Positions 50,309 to 63,491 of a stretch of 64,000 bases of DNA are shown here, piece by piece. Location: assembly GCF_004010195.1 (NCBI RefSeq), contig NC_057718.1, positions 3,260,092 to 3,324,091 on the forward strand. Direction: 5' to 3'. Under the pieces are notes generated by a model. That model saw only the letters and a program-made list of their open reading frames with translations. It ran no database searches and was not told the origin of the DNA. The DNA is from Chiloscyllium plagiosum. Taxonomy: Eukaryota. The position numbers were made by a program, and so were the translations under genes. Positions within the stretch are counted from its first letter, which is position 1. Each line of letters starts with the position of its first letter.

Positions 50309-51161
50309 CTTAAAGATAAAGATAACAAAGCGTTTATTCCCACAAGACCAGATTCTCTGTACTGTCATATTGACAGGATCTGAAAGGGTGTTAAGAGTTT
50401 TCGGTGAAATATAGAGAACATGTTGTTATATTAATCCATGGAGCTGCATTTGTGACTGATTCATATCAAATAAAATCTGCCAACATAAGCAAAAATAATT
50501 AAATAAACAGAGTATGAAATAATATTTCTTAATTCTGTTGAAAATCTCATTGACATTTTGGACACGTCAATGTCTTCTGCAGCACAGTCAAAACCCACAT
50601 TCACTTCCATCTGGAAGGGCAAGGGCAGCAGATACATGGGAACTCCACCCCCTGCAAGATTCCATAATATGCTCTGGGGACAGCCGGTACCAGTGAACAT
50701 CAGTGTGTGTCACTGTGGTGTTCCTCATGGTGCACTGCAACTGGGCAGTCTGACCCTTGGTGACACGATCCAGGCTCGGAGACTGGAGAAGGACTGGACC
50801 ATTGGTACCTTTAAAGATAAAGATAACAAAGCGTTTATTCCCACAAGACCAGATTCTCTGTACTGTCATATTGAAAGGATCTGAAAGGATGTTAAGAGTT
50901 TTCAGTGAAATAGAGAGAACATGTTGTTATATTAATCCATGGAGCTGCATTTGTGACTGATTCATATCAAATAAAATCTGCCAACATAAGCAGAAATAAT
51001 TAAATAAACAGAGTATGAAATAATATTTCTTAATTCTGTTGAAAATCTCATTGACATTTTGGACACGTCAATGTCTTCTGCAGCACAGTCAAAACCCACA
51101 TTCACTTCCATCTGGAGGGGCAAGGGCAGCAGATACATGGGAACTCCACCCCCTGCAAGAT
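50161..51161. repeat. ~500-bp tandem duplication (50161-50660 / 50661-51161)
   Basis: Both units start tccataatatgctctgggga and end cctgcaagat; they differ by scattered substitutions. Confidence 0.92.
50661..50808 (-). pseudogene. Truncated 5' half of a V exon created by the tandem duplication
   Basis: Intact acceptor, then TNGPVLLQSPSLDRVTKGQTAQLQC...WYRLSPEHIME, then runs into repeat sequence. Confidence 0.9.
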
Positions 51162-51384
51162 CCCCTCCAAGTCACTCACCATTCTGACTTGAAAATATAT
51201 CACTGTTCATTCAGTGCCGCTGGGTCAAAATGCTGGAATTCTCTCCCTCAGAGCATTGTGGCTGTATGTGCAGGACATGGACTGCAGTGGGTCAGGAATG
51301 CAGCTCACCCCCAGCAATAGCAACAAGAATAATGATAGTGATAATGGTGATGGTGATGGTGATGATATCGGCAGAACATTTACA

Positions 51385-53150
51385 AATGTATAACATCAAT
51401 CAGCAGAGTCAGCATGGCATCACAAAGGATAAGTAATGACAGACCATTTTACTGGAACTCTTTGATGGGTTAAGAAGCAGGTTAAACAAAGGGGATCCAG
51501 TTGATGTAATGTGTTTGGATTTTCAAATCACTTTTGATAAGCACCACATATGAGGCTACTTCACAAGATGAGAGTCCTTGGTTTTGGAGGTAGTATGGAC
51601 AGAAGATTGGTGAAATAAACAATGACAGAGAGTTGGGATAAAGTAGTTCGGATCCAGTTGATGTAATGTGTTTGGATTTCCAAATCGCTTTTGATAAGCA
51701 CCACACATGAGGCTACTTCACAAGATGAGAGTCCTTGGTTTTGGAGGTAGTATGGACAGAAGATTGGTGAAATAAACAATGACAGAGAGTTGGGATAAAG
51801 TAGTTCATTTCACAGTGCCCACATATAATTTGTAGAGTGCCACAGGGCTCAGTGGGCCACAATTATTGACAATTGATATTAATGACTAGATGAGGAAAGT
51901 AAATTGACTGCAGCAAAGTTTGTGGATGGCACAAAAATAAATGGGAAGGCAAGTGGTGAGAATCACTCAAAGAGTCTACGCAGAGCTATAGACAGGTTCA
52001 GTGAGTGGGTACAATGTTGGCAGATGAAATGTATTGTGGGTAATACATTGTCTTGTACTTCAATAGGAAGAATATGATTTCTTTTCTTCATTCAAGATGT
52101 GAACATTGCGACAAAGCCAGCATTTATTACCCATCCATAATTGCTCAGATTGCAGTTAAGAATCGGCTCCTTTACTGTGAGTCTGGAGTCACATGTAGGT
52201 CAAACCAGTAAGGATGGCAGTAAATAATGTGGGTGTTCCCCATCAATCATTTCATGGTCATTATCAGATGTTTAATTCCACGTTTTTAAGGAATTAAAAT
52301 TCCAACATTTTCCATGAAGGGATTTGAATATGGAGTCCCAGAACATGCTCTAGGTCTCTAGATTAATAATCTAATGATGATCCAACTTGGCTATTGCCTC
52401 CCATGAGGGGAAAGACTGCTTGGCAGCCCAGCACAGAGGGATTGGTAGGGTTGGAGAGTGTGTATGAATTACCGAGAGCTAGCGTCCAAGATCAGCAGGG
52501 AGTAAGGAGGGAAGATGGAATGTTGGCCTTGATTTTAAAGGGAATGGAGGATAAAACTAGGGAGACTTTGTTATAATGATACAAGGCACTAGTTAGACCA
52601 GAGCTGGAATAACGTGGGCTGTTGTGGACTCCTTATCTGAGGAAAAATACACCTACATTAGAGGCAGTCCAGAGAAGGTTCACACGATTGATCTTGGATG
52701 TGGAGGGATATTCTTATGAAGAGATGGTGAGATCGTCAGGCCTGTGCTCATCTGGGTTTAGGAGAATGTGAGAAGAACTTCGTGAGACAGATAAGATATT
52801 GAAGAGAAGATACAGAGAGTAGTTTCCCCTTGTGGGAGAGTCTCAGAATCAACGATATGTTCTCAGAATATCGGGTCGCACATTTTGAACAGAGATTAAA
52901 GGAATTTCTTCTCTCAGAAGTTTGTGAATCTGTGGAATTCTTTCCCACAGAGGGTTGTCATGGCTGAGTCATTAAGGATATTTAAGGCTGAGATGAACAA
53001 AGATTTAATTAGTAATAGAGTCAAGGGTCATGGGGAAAAGGCAGGAAAATGGGTTTGAGGATTATCAGATCAGCCATGATCCTATGGAATAATGGAGCAG
53101 GCTAGATGGGCCATATGACCTACTTCCATTCCTGTATTTTACTGTCTTAT
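51385..53150 (+). mobile_element. Degenerate CR1 LINE with internal ~156-bp tandem duplication (51494-51806) and a SINE insertion
   Basis: CR1 RT-like DNA; duplicated gatccagttgatgtaatgtgtttggattt block. Confidence 0.7.
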
Positions 53151-53424
53151 CTTATTACAATATCCATTCTCATGATCAGACAGACACTGCCCTCCTCAGA
53201 ACCTGACCCTGAATCCTCACAATTGTTTCACTGCCATGTACACATCATCTCTCAGTTTTATTGACACTAGTAATCACCTGACTACTAACAACCCTGTGTA
53301 CCCCTTTGTCCATTGGCTTCTCAGAGACCCAGGGTCCAGCTTCTCACACACACACACACACATACACACACATACTTCATATACCAGCTCCGAGACACCT
53401 TGTCTAAACCAATCATAAACATAG

Positions 53425-53990
53425 TATCATAGAATCAGTAAGTCCTACAGCACAGAGACAGATCCTTCAGTCCAAATGGTTCCATGCCAACCAAAATGTC
53501 CTTGCACACTGATACATTTCGATACCACTCACCCTCAATCTCCTACGTTCGAAAGGAAAAACTCCAAGCTTGTCGAACTTCTCCCGATCACTCTGTCCCT
53601 TGAGTCCTGACAATATCCTTGTAAATTTCTTCTGCACTCTTTCTAGTTTAATAACATCCTTCCTGAAGAAAGGTGACCAAAACTGAACACAATACACCAA
53701 GTGCGGCCTCACCAACATCCTGTACAACTGCAACAGAACTTCCCAACTTTGACATTCACTGCCTTGACTGATGAAGGCAAGTGGGCCAAAAGCCTTCTTC
53801 ATTGCCCTGTCCGACTGTGAGTCAGCTTTCAGAGAACTGTGGACCTGAACTCCAAGGTCCCTCTATTCCACTACACTTCGTAAGGTCCTACCATTCATCA
53901 TGAATCTCCAAACATGATTTGACTTCCACAAATGCAAGACCTCACACTTACCAATATTAAACTCAATTTACCATTTCTCAGCCCACTTGC
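53425..53990 (-). mobile_element. CR1 LINE 3' fragment
   Basis: LYRMLVRPHLVYCVQFWSPFFRKDVIKLERVQKKFTR. Confidence 0.9.
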
Positions 53991-54337
53991 CATCCGTCTC
54001 ACAACGTGGAATATTGGCACATCCTTTTTCCCCAAATCAAGAAAGTGCTGGCAGCATGTTTCTCCCAAACAATCAACTTCATTAGCTTGATCCTCAACAT
54101 TTCTCTTCCTCTCATTTATCCCTGGAACAAGACGCTTTCCATTGGTACCACCTCACACTGTATTCTCCCCTTCACTGCCCAACTTTCCATGATGTTATTC
54201 ATATCTCAGTAAATCCCCTGGATCAATTGCATATTTCTCATCAATATCCTCTGACCATCCCCACAAATAATTCCCCATCACACACGTACGCCAACACCCA
54301 CACTCTTTCATCCATGGTGGAATAAACGTAGACTCAC

Positions 54338-54418
54338 TTCTGTGAAATGGCTTGGCTGGACGAAGGTCGCTGCTATACCCACAAATATAAAATGTCCAAA
54401 GGAGGTTTAAAGGATGTA
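54338..54418 (-). CDS. Candidate leader exon of the receptor: HPLNLLWTFYICGYSSDLRPAKPFHR
   Basis: Acceptor catcttctttcatcccag, donor A|gtgagt, phase 1 to 1, 81 bp open with a short hydrophobic stretch; no ATG found. Confidence 0.35.
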
Positions 54419-54444
54419 CTGGGATGAAAGAAGATGCAAAACAC

Positions 54445-54850
54445 TGAGCTGATTCAGGAATTGAGGGGGATGGCTTATGAGGAGAGACTGAGTAGACTGG
54501 GATTATATTCATTGAATTTAGAAGAAGGAGGGGGAATCTTATAGAAACATAAAATTATGAAGAAAATAGATAGGATAGAAGTAGAGAGGATATTTCCATT
54601 GGCGGGTGAAACTAGGACAAGAGGGCATAACCTCAAAATAAGGGGGAGAAAATTTAGGATTAAATCAAGGAAGAACCTCTTCATGCAGAGGGTTGGGAAT
54701 CTGTGGAATTCCCTGCCTAGTGGGAAGTTCCTTATTGAATGTTTTGAAAGCTAGATAGATAGATCTTTGAACCGAAAAGGAATTAATGGTTATGAATTGG
54801 GACTTATGGTAAGTGGTAGGCCTACTCATGCTCCTGGTTCTTATGTTCAA
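54445..54850 (+). mobile_element. CR1 LINE 3' fragment
   Basis: RTRGHNLKIRG...QRVGNLWNSLP. Confidence 0.85.
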
Positions 54851-55522
54851 GAAACAGAACACTTCCAGGAACAGATTTCTGAAATCTATCCATCGTGTGT
54901 GGGAATGATGTGACTGAGCGATGGGTAAAGAAAATCCATCAGTAAGGGTTGATGTGACATCACAAACAAATTAAAGGCTTGCTGAAATTCTCCTGGAAGG
55001 CGAAGATAATTCAGAGGGAGGATTTGTGATGATGTCCCTCATTGTGGATCAGAAAGCAGACCTTGAATGGAATAAATTCAGTCAGCTCGTACTAAGGCAG
55101 GATTTGTATGGTAGATTAGTTAGTAAAGTGACATCACATGGGATCTGGGGGAGCTTGCAAATTAGACACAAACTTGGCTGGAAGGGAGGAGACAGAGAGT
55201 GGTGGTGGAGGGGTGCTTTTCAAACTGGAGGCCTATGTCCAGCATTGGTCCACATGGATCAGTGCCAGACCCATTGCATTTCATCATTTATATAAATGAT
55301 TTGGTTGTGAATGTAGGAGGTATGGTTAGGAAGTTTGCAGATGACACCAAAATAAATGTTAGAGTGTACAGTTAAGAAGGTTATCTTAGAATCCAATGGG
55401 GCCTTGATCAGATGAGCAAATGGGCCAAGAATTAGCAGATGGGGTTCAATTTAGACAAATGTGAGGTGTTACATATTGGTAAGGCAAACCAGAGCAGGAC
55501 CTATACACTTAATGGTGGTGAT

Positions 55523-56430
55523 TGTAATGAGATCAGCCAGGTAGACCTCAAGAAATATGTGTTCCTTGATTGGAGCTGTTAATCTGGTCCAATCAGGAAG
55601 CCCTGGCTGACAGGTATAAACAGGAGTGTCAGGGGTTCTGTTCACTCTGAGACCTGGCTCTGAGGGAGCTGGATCTGTGTCATGTACTAAACATGTGTAG
55701 ATAAAGGGGAACTTGGTGAGAGAAAACTATCCAGAAGGCCAAGTAGTAAATGTGATGCCTTGAGCCCCCTCCTGCAATCAGATTAATCCATCGGTGATGC
55801 TGCTGCTGGAACATCCACTCTAATTGTAAACTTTCTGGACACCCTTCTGGTCACTGCTGACAAGACCTGGCTGTGGGCACAGAGGGATATGACCCTGGCT
55901 AAACTAAAACAGCTGGTGTTGTTGGGGAGGTCAAAGGGGAATCACAATCTGAACCGAACCAGTTTCTGGACCAGTTGAGCCGTGATTATCTTAGAGGATG
56001 GCAGATTACTGTAGGGAGCAGGAGTGATTTGACTAAGCAAAGGTTTCCGCCAGATACTGGCTGATCTCCACCAGGGTCACTCAGGGGTGTCCAAAATGAA
56101 AATGTGGTGGAATGTAATGTCTGGTGGCCAGGATTGGATGCAGACACAGCCACATTGTTGAGCAGTGCCCAGAGTGCCAACAAGGACAATAATTACCGCT
56201 AGCAACTCCCTTGTATTCTTGGGAATGGTAAGGTGAATCCTGGACCTGGTTACACATTGACGATGTCAATCCTTTCATGGGCTCTGCATTTTCAATCAGT
56301 GTGAATACCCACTCAAAGTGATTGAACATTCACCGTGTTCATGTGTCAAGCATGGGGACAACGTGAGAAAAGTTTCACATGTCTTTTGCAATACAAGAAC
56401 CCTCTGAGATGCTAGTCACTTATAACAAAC
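55523..56430 (+). mobile_element. Degenerate Gypsy LTR element (LTR 55523-~55720 + integrase remnant)
   Basis: LTR starting tgtaatgag (also at 37454); LHQGHSGVSKMK..VWWPGLD..CPECQ..WLHID integrase zinc-finger/core remnants. Confidence 0.7.
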
Positions 56431-56944
56431 CATGGGAGGGTGGGATGGGGTGTATGCATGTGTGTGAGCTCTGAAGATGGAAGGGGGGGTGCTGTTTCTC
56501 ATCGTTCAATAGCCTTGGGGACATGTTTCAGGAAAAATGAAATATTTGGAAATTAAAGTGATGGACTCTGACCCAAAATGGTATTCATAATGCATCCACA
56601 AATGGTCCAGCAAACTCAAATTATATGTGCTTGGTTCGAAAGCAGTTATTCAAACACCTGTACCTGAGGTATACCGAAAGTGGGCATAAGAAAACCACTT
56701 TTCATTCCCGTTGTCTGAAATCAAGAGGAAAGGCAAAATTCCTGACATTGAATTATTTGAAATTAAATGCCAAGTGAACTAATGCTACTCTTGCAAGCGT
56801 GTGTGGTTTGATCAACCTAATCTGGTGTAGGGGGACATAGTCTAAAGAATTTCTAACATGGGAACATTTGGATAATTCAAAACCACAGTGATAATTTGTG
56901 CTCAAGTTAAAGAGAATGTTTCCAAAAGAGCTTGAAAGCTTTGA

Positions 56945-57262
56945 GGGTGGCATGGTGGTTCAGTGGTTAGCACTACTACCCCAGAACACCAGGGACCCAG
57001 ATTCTGTTCCAGCTTTGGGTGACTGTCTGTGTGGAGTTTGCACGTTCTCCCCTTGTCTGCGTGGGATTCCTCTAGACACTCCAGTTTTCTCCCACAATCC
57101 AAAGATGTGCAGGTCATGTAAATTGGCCCATAGTGTTAGGTATATTAGTCATGGGTAAATGTTGGGTAGGGGAATGGGTCTGGGTGCGTTAGTCTTCAGA
57201 GGGTCGGTGTGGACTTGTTGGACCAAAAGGCCTGTTTATGTACTGTAGGAAATCTAATCTCA
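56945..57262 (+). mobile_element. HE1/V-SINE
   Basis: Homologous to 43800-44122. Confidence 0.85.
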
Positions 57263-57359
57263 TCATAAATGCTTTGAAGCTTTCATAGAATACTGATGCA
57301 ACTCACTTAGAATCTCAGGACCATTGCATGGGTGAGAGGCATGGTTGACACTAGGTCAA

Positions 57360-58285
57360 ATTTTTTTTGTTCATTTGTGGAAGGTGACCATTACTGGCTG
57401 GCCAGCATTTATTGCCCATCCTTAGTTGCCCTTGAGAAGGTGGGGGTGAGCTGCCTTCTTGAACTGCTGCAGTCAACTGCTGTCGGTTGACCCACAATGC
57501 CATTATGGAGGGAATTCCAACATTTTGGCCCAAGCGACACTAAGGGAACAGTGATATATTTCGAAGTCAGAATGGTGAGTGTCTTGGAGGGAAAATTGTA
57601 GATGGTGATATTCCTATACTCTGCTGCCCTTGTCCTTCTGGATGGAAATGGTCCTGGATTAGGAAGATGCTGTCTGAGGATCTTTAATGAATTTCCGCAG
57701 TGCATCTTGTAGATAGTACACACTGCTGTTACTGAGTGTCGATATTGGAGGGAATAGATGGTTGTGGATGTAGTGCCAATCAAGTGGGTGCTGTATCCTG
57801 GATGGTGACAAGTTTCTTGAGTTTTGTTGGTATTGCATTCATTCAGGCAAGTGGGGAGTATTCCATCACACTCCTGACTTACATCTTGCAGTGATATACA
57901 GGCTTTGAGGAGTCAGGAGATGAGTTACTCGCCGCAGCACCCTAGCTTCTGACCTGCTCTTGTAGCCACTGTGTTTATATGGTGAGTCCAGTTGAGTTTC
58001 TGGTCAATGATCATTCCCAGGATGTTGAGAGTGGGGGATTCAATGATGGTAACACCATTGAATGTCAAGGAGGTGGTGGTTATATTGTCTCTTATTCACG
58101 ATGGTCATAGTCTGGCAATTGTGTGGCACATAGGTTATTTGCCACTTGTTAGCCCAAGTCTGGATCTTGAGGCATTTGAACATGGACAGTATCTGAGGAG
58201 TTGTGAATGGTGCTGAACATTGTGCAATCATCAGTGAACATACCCACTTCTGAACTTACGATAGAGGGAGAGTCATTGATGAAGC
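57360..58285 (-). mobile_element. LINE (CR1/L2 clade) 3' portion; related fragments near 13010-13230, 28395-28745 and 31500-31800
   Basis: IGTTSTTIYSLQYRHSVTAVCTIYKMHC and WANKWQITYVPHNCQTMTI. Confidence 0.75.
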
Positions 58286-61200
58286 AAACTGGTAGCAATA
58301 CAAGAACCCTCTGAGATGCTAGTCACTTATAACAAACCATGGGAGGGTGGGGTGGGGAGCAATGTGATGGAGGAGGATTTCCTGAAATGTATGAGGAATA
58401 GTTTCCTCAAACAAAATGTCGAGGAACTAACTAGAGAGCAAGCCATTGTAGACTGGATGTTGTGTAATGCGATAAAATTGATTAGCAACATTGTGGTGTA
58501 AGATCCTTGAGGGAAGAGTGACCATAACATGACATAATTCTTTATTAAGGTAGAGAGTGACATAATTAAATCTGAAACTAGAGCCCTGAACTTAAAGAAA
58601 GTTAACTTTGATGACATGAGACATACATTACCAAGGATAAGCTGGCCAAGGATACTTATTGGGCTGATGGTGGATAGGTAATGGCAGACAATAAAGATTA
58701 CGTGGATGAATTTCAACAATTGTATACCCCTGCCAGGTATAAGAGTAAAACAGAGAAGGTGATTCCAGGGCTAACACGGGAAATCACGAACTGTGTTAAG
58801 TCCAAAGGTGAGATATATAACTTCACCAGATAAAGCAGTAAACCTGAAGACTGGCAGAAATTTAAAATTCGGCAGAGGAGGACAAAGGTTTTAATTTGGA
58901 AAGGGAAAATAGAATATGAAGGTAAGCCTGCGGCAGACATAATTTCTGACTGTAAAAGCTTCTATAGATATGTGAACAGCAAAAGACTGGTGAGAGAAAT
59001 GTAGATCCCTTATTGTGAGAATCAGGTGAATTCAAAATGAGCAACAAAAAGATGGTGGACAAGTTAAACAAATATAAAAACAGAGGTTATTGGAAAAACT
59101 CAGCAGGTCTGGCAACATCTGAGCAGAGAATTGGGTCTGGTGATCCTTTCTCAGAACAGTTCTCACTGGACCTGAGCCTAAACTTTGATTTCTCTGCACA
59201 GATGCTGCCGGACCTGCTGAGCTTTTCCAGCAACTTCTGTTTTTGTTTCTGATTTGCAGCAGCTGGAGTTCTTTTTGTTTTTCTTTCTCAGTTGATCAAA
59301 TACTTTGAACCTTCCTTCAGGAAATGCTAAGAGACAGAGGGTCAAGAATGAAGGAGGAACTGAAGGAAATCCTTATTAGTCAGGAAATGGTGTTGGGAAA
59401 TTGATGGAATTAAAACTTGATAGGTCCCTAGGGCCTGATGCTTTGGATCCCAGAGTACTTAAGCAAGTGACCCTAAAAATAACAGATGCATTGTTGAAGA
59501 GTTCCAATAGAATGGACAGTAGCTAGTGTAATGTAATTTTACCTGGACCATCTCTGACTTCTCCCTCCCCTTCCTGGACCTCTCCTTTTCCATTAATGAC
59601 GACTGATTTGACACCGACATTTTTTACAAACCCAACAACTCCCACAGCTACCTGGATTACATCTCTTCCCACCCTACCTCTTGCAAAAATGCCATCCCGT
59701 ATTCCCAATTCCTCCGCCTCTGCCAGATCTGCTCCCAGAAGGGCCAGTTCCACCACAGAACACACCAGATGACCTCCTTCTTTAGAGACCTCAATTTCCC
59801 TTCCTATGTGGTTAAAGATGCCCTCCAATGCATCTCGTCCACATCCCGCACCTCCACCCTCAGACCTCACCCCTCCAACCGTAACAAGGACAGAACGCTT
59901 CTGGTGCACACCTTCCACCCTACCAACCTTCGCATAAACCAAATCATCCGCCAACATTTCCGCCACCTCCAAACAGACCCCTCCACCATCAAAGTTTTAC
60001 CTGCACATCCACCAATATCATTTATTGTATCAGTTGCTCCCGATGCGGTCTCCTCTACATTGGGGAGACTGTGCACCTCCTAGCAGAGCGCTTTAGGGAA
60101 CATCTCCAGGACACCCGCACCAATCAACCACACCGCCCTGTGGTCCAACATTTCAGCTCCCCCTCCCACTCTACTGAGGACATGGAGATCCTGGGTCTCC
60201 TTCACCGCCGCTCCCTCACCACCAGACTCCTGGAGGAAGAATGCCTCATCTTCCGCCTCGGAACACTTCAACCCCAGGACATTAATGTGGACTTCAACAG
60301 CTTCCTCATTTCCCCTTCCCCCACCTCACCCCAGTTCCAAACTTTCAGCTCAGCACTGCCCCCATGACTTGTCCTGACTTGTCCTACTTGCCTATCTTCT
60401 TTTCCACCTATCCAGTCCACCCTGCCCCCACAACCTATCACCTTCATCCCCTCCCCCACTCACCTATTGTATGAAGAGCTTTTGCCCGAAACGCCGATTT
60501 CACTGATCCTTGGATGCTGCCTGAACTGCTGTGCTCTTCCAGCACGACTAATCCAGAATCTGGTTTCCAGCATCTGCAGTCATTGTTTTTACCTAGTAGC
60601 TAATGTAACCCCATTCTTTAAAAAAGGAGGGAGAGAGAAAATGGGGAATTGTAGGCAGATTAGCCTGACATTAGTGGTGGGGAAAATGCTGGTGTTAGTC
60701 ATTAATCATATAATAACTAGGCATTTGGGAAGTGGTTACAAAATCGGTCTGAGTCAGCATGGACTCATTAAAGGGAAATCATGCTTGACAAATCTTCTGC
60801 ACTTTTTATTGAGGATGTGACCAATGGAGTGGATAAGGGTGAAGCAGTAAATGTTGTGTGTCTGGACTGTCAAACGATTCCGAAAAGATTCCAGACATGA
60901 GATTAGTCAGGAAAATTAAAGCCCATAGTATCGGAGGTAATGTATTTATATGGATAGTGAACTGATTGGCAGACAAGAAGCAGCGAATTGGAAGAAGCAG
61001 GTCCTTTTCTGAGTGGCATGCAGTGATGAGTGGGCTATGGCAAGGTTCAGTGTTGGGATGCCAACTGTTCTCGATATACATTAACGATTTGAACAAAGGA
61101 ACTGAATGCAATATCTCCGATTTTGCAGACGACGCTAAGCTGGGTGGCAGGGTGTGCTGTGAGGAGAATGCTAAGAGTTGACAGGGTAATTTGGACAGAC

Positions 61201-62040
61201 TGACTGAGTGGGCAAATACTTGGCAAATGTAATATAATGTGGGTACATGTGAGGCTATCCACACTGGTCCCAAAAACAGGAAGGCTGATTATTAACTGAA
61301 TGATGGCAGTTTAGGAAAAGGTGAGGCGCAATGAGACCTGGGTGTCATGGTGGAACAATCGCTGAAGGTTGTCATGCAGATGCAGCAGGCAGTGAGGAAA
61401 GCTAATGGCGTGCTGGCCTTCATAGTGAGAGGACTGGAGTATCGGAGTAAGGATGTCTTGCTGCAGTTATACAGGGTTTTGCTGAGGCCATGCCCTGAGT
61501 ATTGTGTGCAGTTTTGTTCTCCTAGTCTGAGGAAGGACATTGTTGCTATTGAGGGAGTCCAGTGAAGGTTCATTGGATGGATTCCTGGGATGGCAGGACT
61601 GACATATGAGGAAAGACTGGATCGATTAGGATGTACTCGCTGGAATTTAGATTAATGAGGGGGATCTCATCGAAACATACAAATTCCTGATGGGGCTGGA
61701 CAGACTAGATGCAGGAAGAATATTCCCAATATTGGGGAATTTCAGAGCTAGGGGTCACAGTCTTAGAATAAGGGGTAAACCATTCAGAACAAAGATGAGG
61801 AAGCATTTCTTCACTAAGACTTGTGAACCCGTGGAATTCACTTCCACAGGAAGCTCTTGGGGACAGGTATATTCAAGAGGGAGCTGGATGTGGCCCCTTC
61901 AGCTAAAGGGAACAAAAGGTCTGGAGATAAAGCCTGAATGGGATACTGAGATTGTATGATCAGCTACAATCGTTTTGAATAGTAGTGCAGGCTCAAGGGG
62001 CTGAATGGCCTACTCCTCCTCCGATTTTAAATGTTTCAGT
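58286..62040 (+). mobile_element. Degenerate CR1 LINE interrupted by a Penelope element and a palindromic insertion (59075-59282)
   Basis: Endonuclease remnants at 58360-58600; QHGLIKGKSCLTNL, LFSIYINDL..SDFADDAKLGG, RPCPEYCVQFCSP. Confidence 0.85.
59540..60593 (+). mobile_element. Penelope-like element 3' half
   Basis: MTSFFRDLNFPSYVVKDAL and LAERFREHLQD..QHFSSPSHS..FRLGTLQPQDINVDF; pLTR. Confidence 0.9.
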
Positions 62041-62912
62041 AAGTTTGCAGCGGACACAAAATTGATGGAGTTGTGGATAGTGAGGAATGTTGTCAAAGGT
62101 TACAGTGGGATTTTGATTGGTTGGGATGTTGGGTGGAGAAATGGCAAGTGTGAGGTGATACATTTTGGGAGGTCAAATGCAAGAAGAAAGAATAAATAAA
62201 TGGCAAGACTCGTAGGAGTATTGATATCCAAAATAATCTTGGGATGCAAGTTCATAGCTCCCTGAAAGTGGCAACACAAGTGGATAAGATGGTAAAGAAG
62301 GCAGATGGCATGCTTGGCTGCATTGGATGGTGCATTGAGGATGAAATTTGGCATGTCAATTTCCAGCTGTATAGCACTTTAGTTCAGCCATATTTGGGGT
62401 ATTGTGTGACGTTCTAGTCACCACACTATTGGAAAGATGAGGAGACATTGGAGAGTGTGCAAAAGAGGAGTCTATAAGGAGAGGGTGGTCAAACTTGGAT
62501 TGTTTTCATGAGAGAATCAGTGGCTGAGGGACAACCTTGTTGAAGTTTATAAAACTATGAGAGGCATGGTTACGATGGATAGTGAGAGTGTTTTTCTCAG
62601 GGTGTAAATGTCAAATACAAGGGGACGTAGGTTTAAGGTGAAAGGGGTAAAATCTTTCAAGAAGATGTTGGAGTGAAGTTGATGACGCAGAAGGTGGTAG
62701 GTGCCTGGACTGCACTGCCAGGGGAGGTGATAGAAATAGATTCAACAGCAGCACTTAAGAGGCATTGAGACAGACACATTTACAGGGAGGGAATAGAGAG
62801 ATATGCACCATGGGTGGGCAGATGGGATTCATTTAGAATGGAATCATGATTGGCAGAGACTTGATGGGCTGAAGGGCCTGTTGCTGTGCTGGACTGTCCC
62901 ATGTCCTATGTT
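62036..62912 (+). mobile_element. CR1 LINE 3' portion
   Basis: SKFAADTKL, KCEVIHFGRSN and CR1 3' UTR. Confidence 0.85.
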
Positions 62913-63491
62913 GTTGAGAGCAGGATGCTGCACCAACTCCTCCATCATTTCCCCTCCCCCTACCACCCCCCCCCCCACCCAATGCCCACCAGCACTCCGA
63001 TGCCCCACCCTCCCCTACCCCTACCACCACTAATGAGACTGAAACACTGGACACTAATACCCTGTTTGTCAGCTGATCCTAGTGAACCATCCCCCATTAT
63101 CAGGGATGGACACTTTATTTATCTCAGTCAGTAATATTTCATATCGAGAAAACTATTTCTCAACAAACTCAGCAAAATATCAGAAATTTGATCCAAATCA
63201 CTGACTGCCTGTAAAAGGGAAAATGTGAGCATGGAGCCCCTCACATCATCAATGCTCCTTTCCAGGCCAACCAGCAGCACCACACAGAGTCCCTCTGTCC
63301 CCACAATCCAGACCAACCATCCAACTGCCTCTTGCCTCTTGCAAAGGGGAGCCAACTCCTGTCCACTCCCTGTTCCAGATCCTGGAATCCAGATTCACTC
63401 TCTGCCCCAACACTGAGACTCCACTGATCAGCATCACAACTGGGTGACTGTGCATATCACTGTCTCTACATGCACCTACTATCTCAGCTCA

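Noticed and set aside
28846-50808. Rearranging Ig/TCR locus (IgL, IgNAR, TCR)
   Set aside because: No RSS, no separate J segments, no leader exon found before each V and no C1 exon; the V exons are followed by TM and long tail exons
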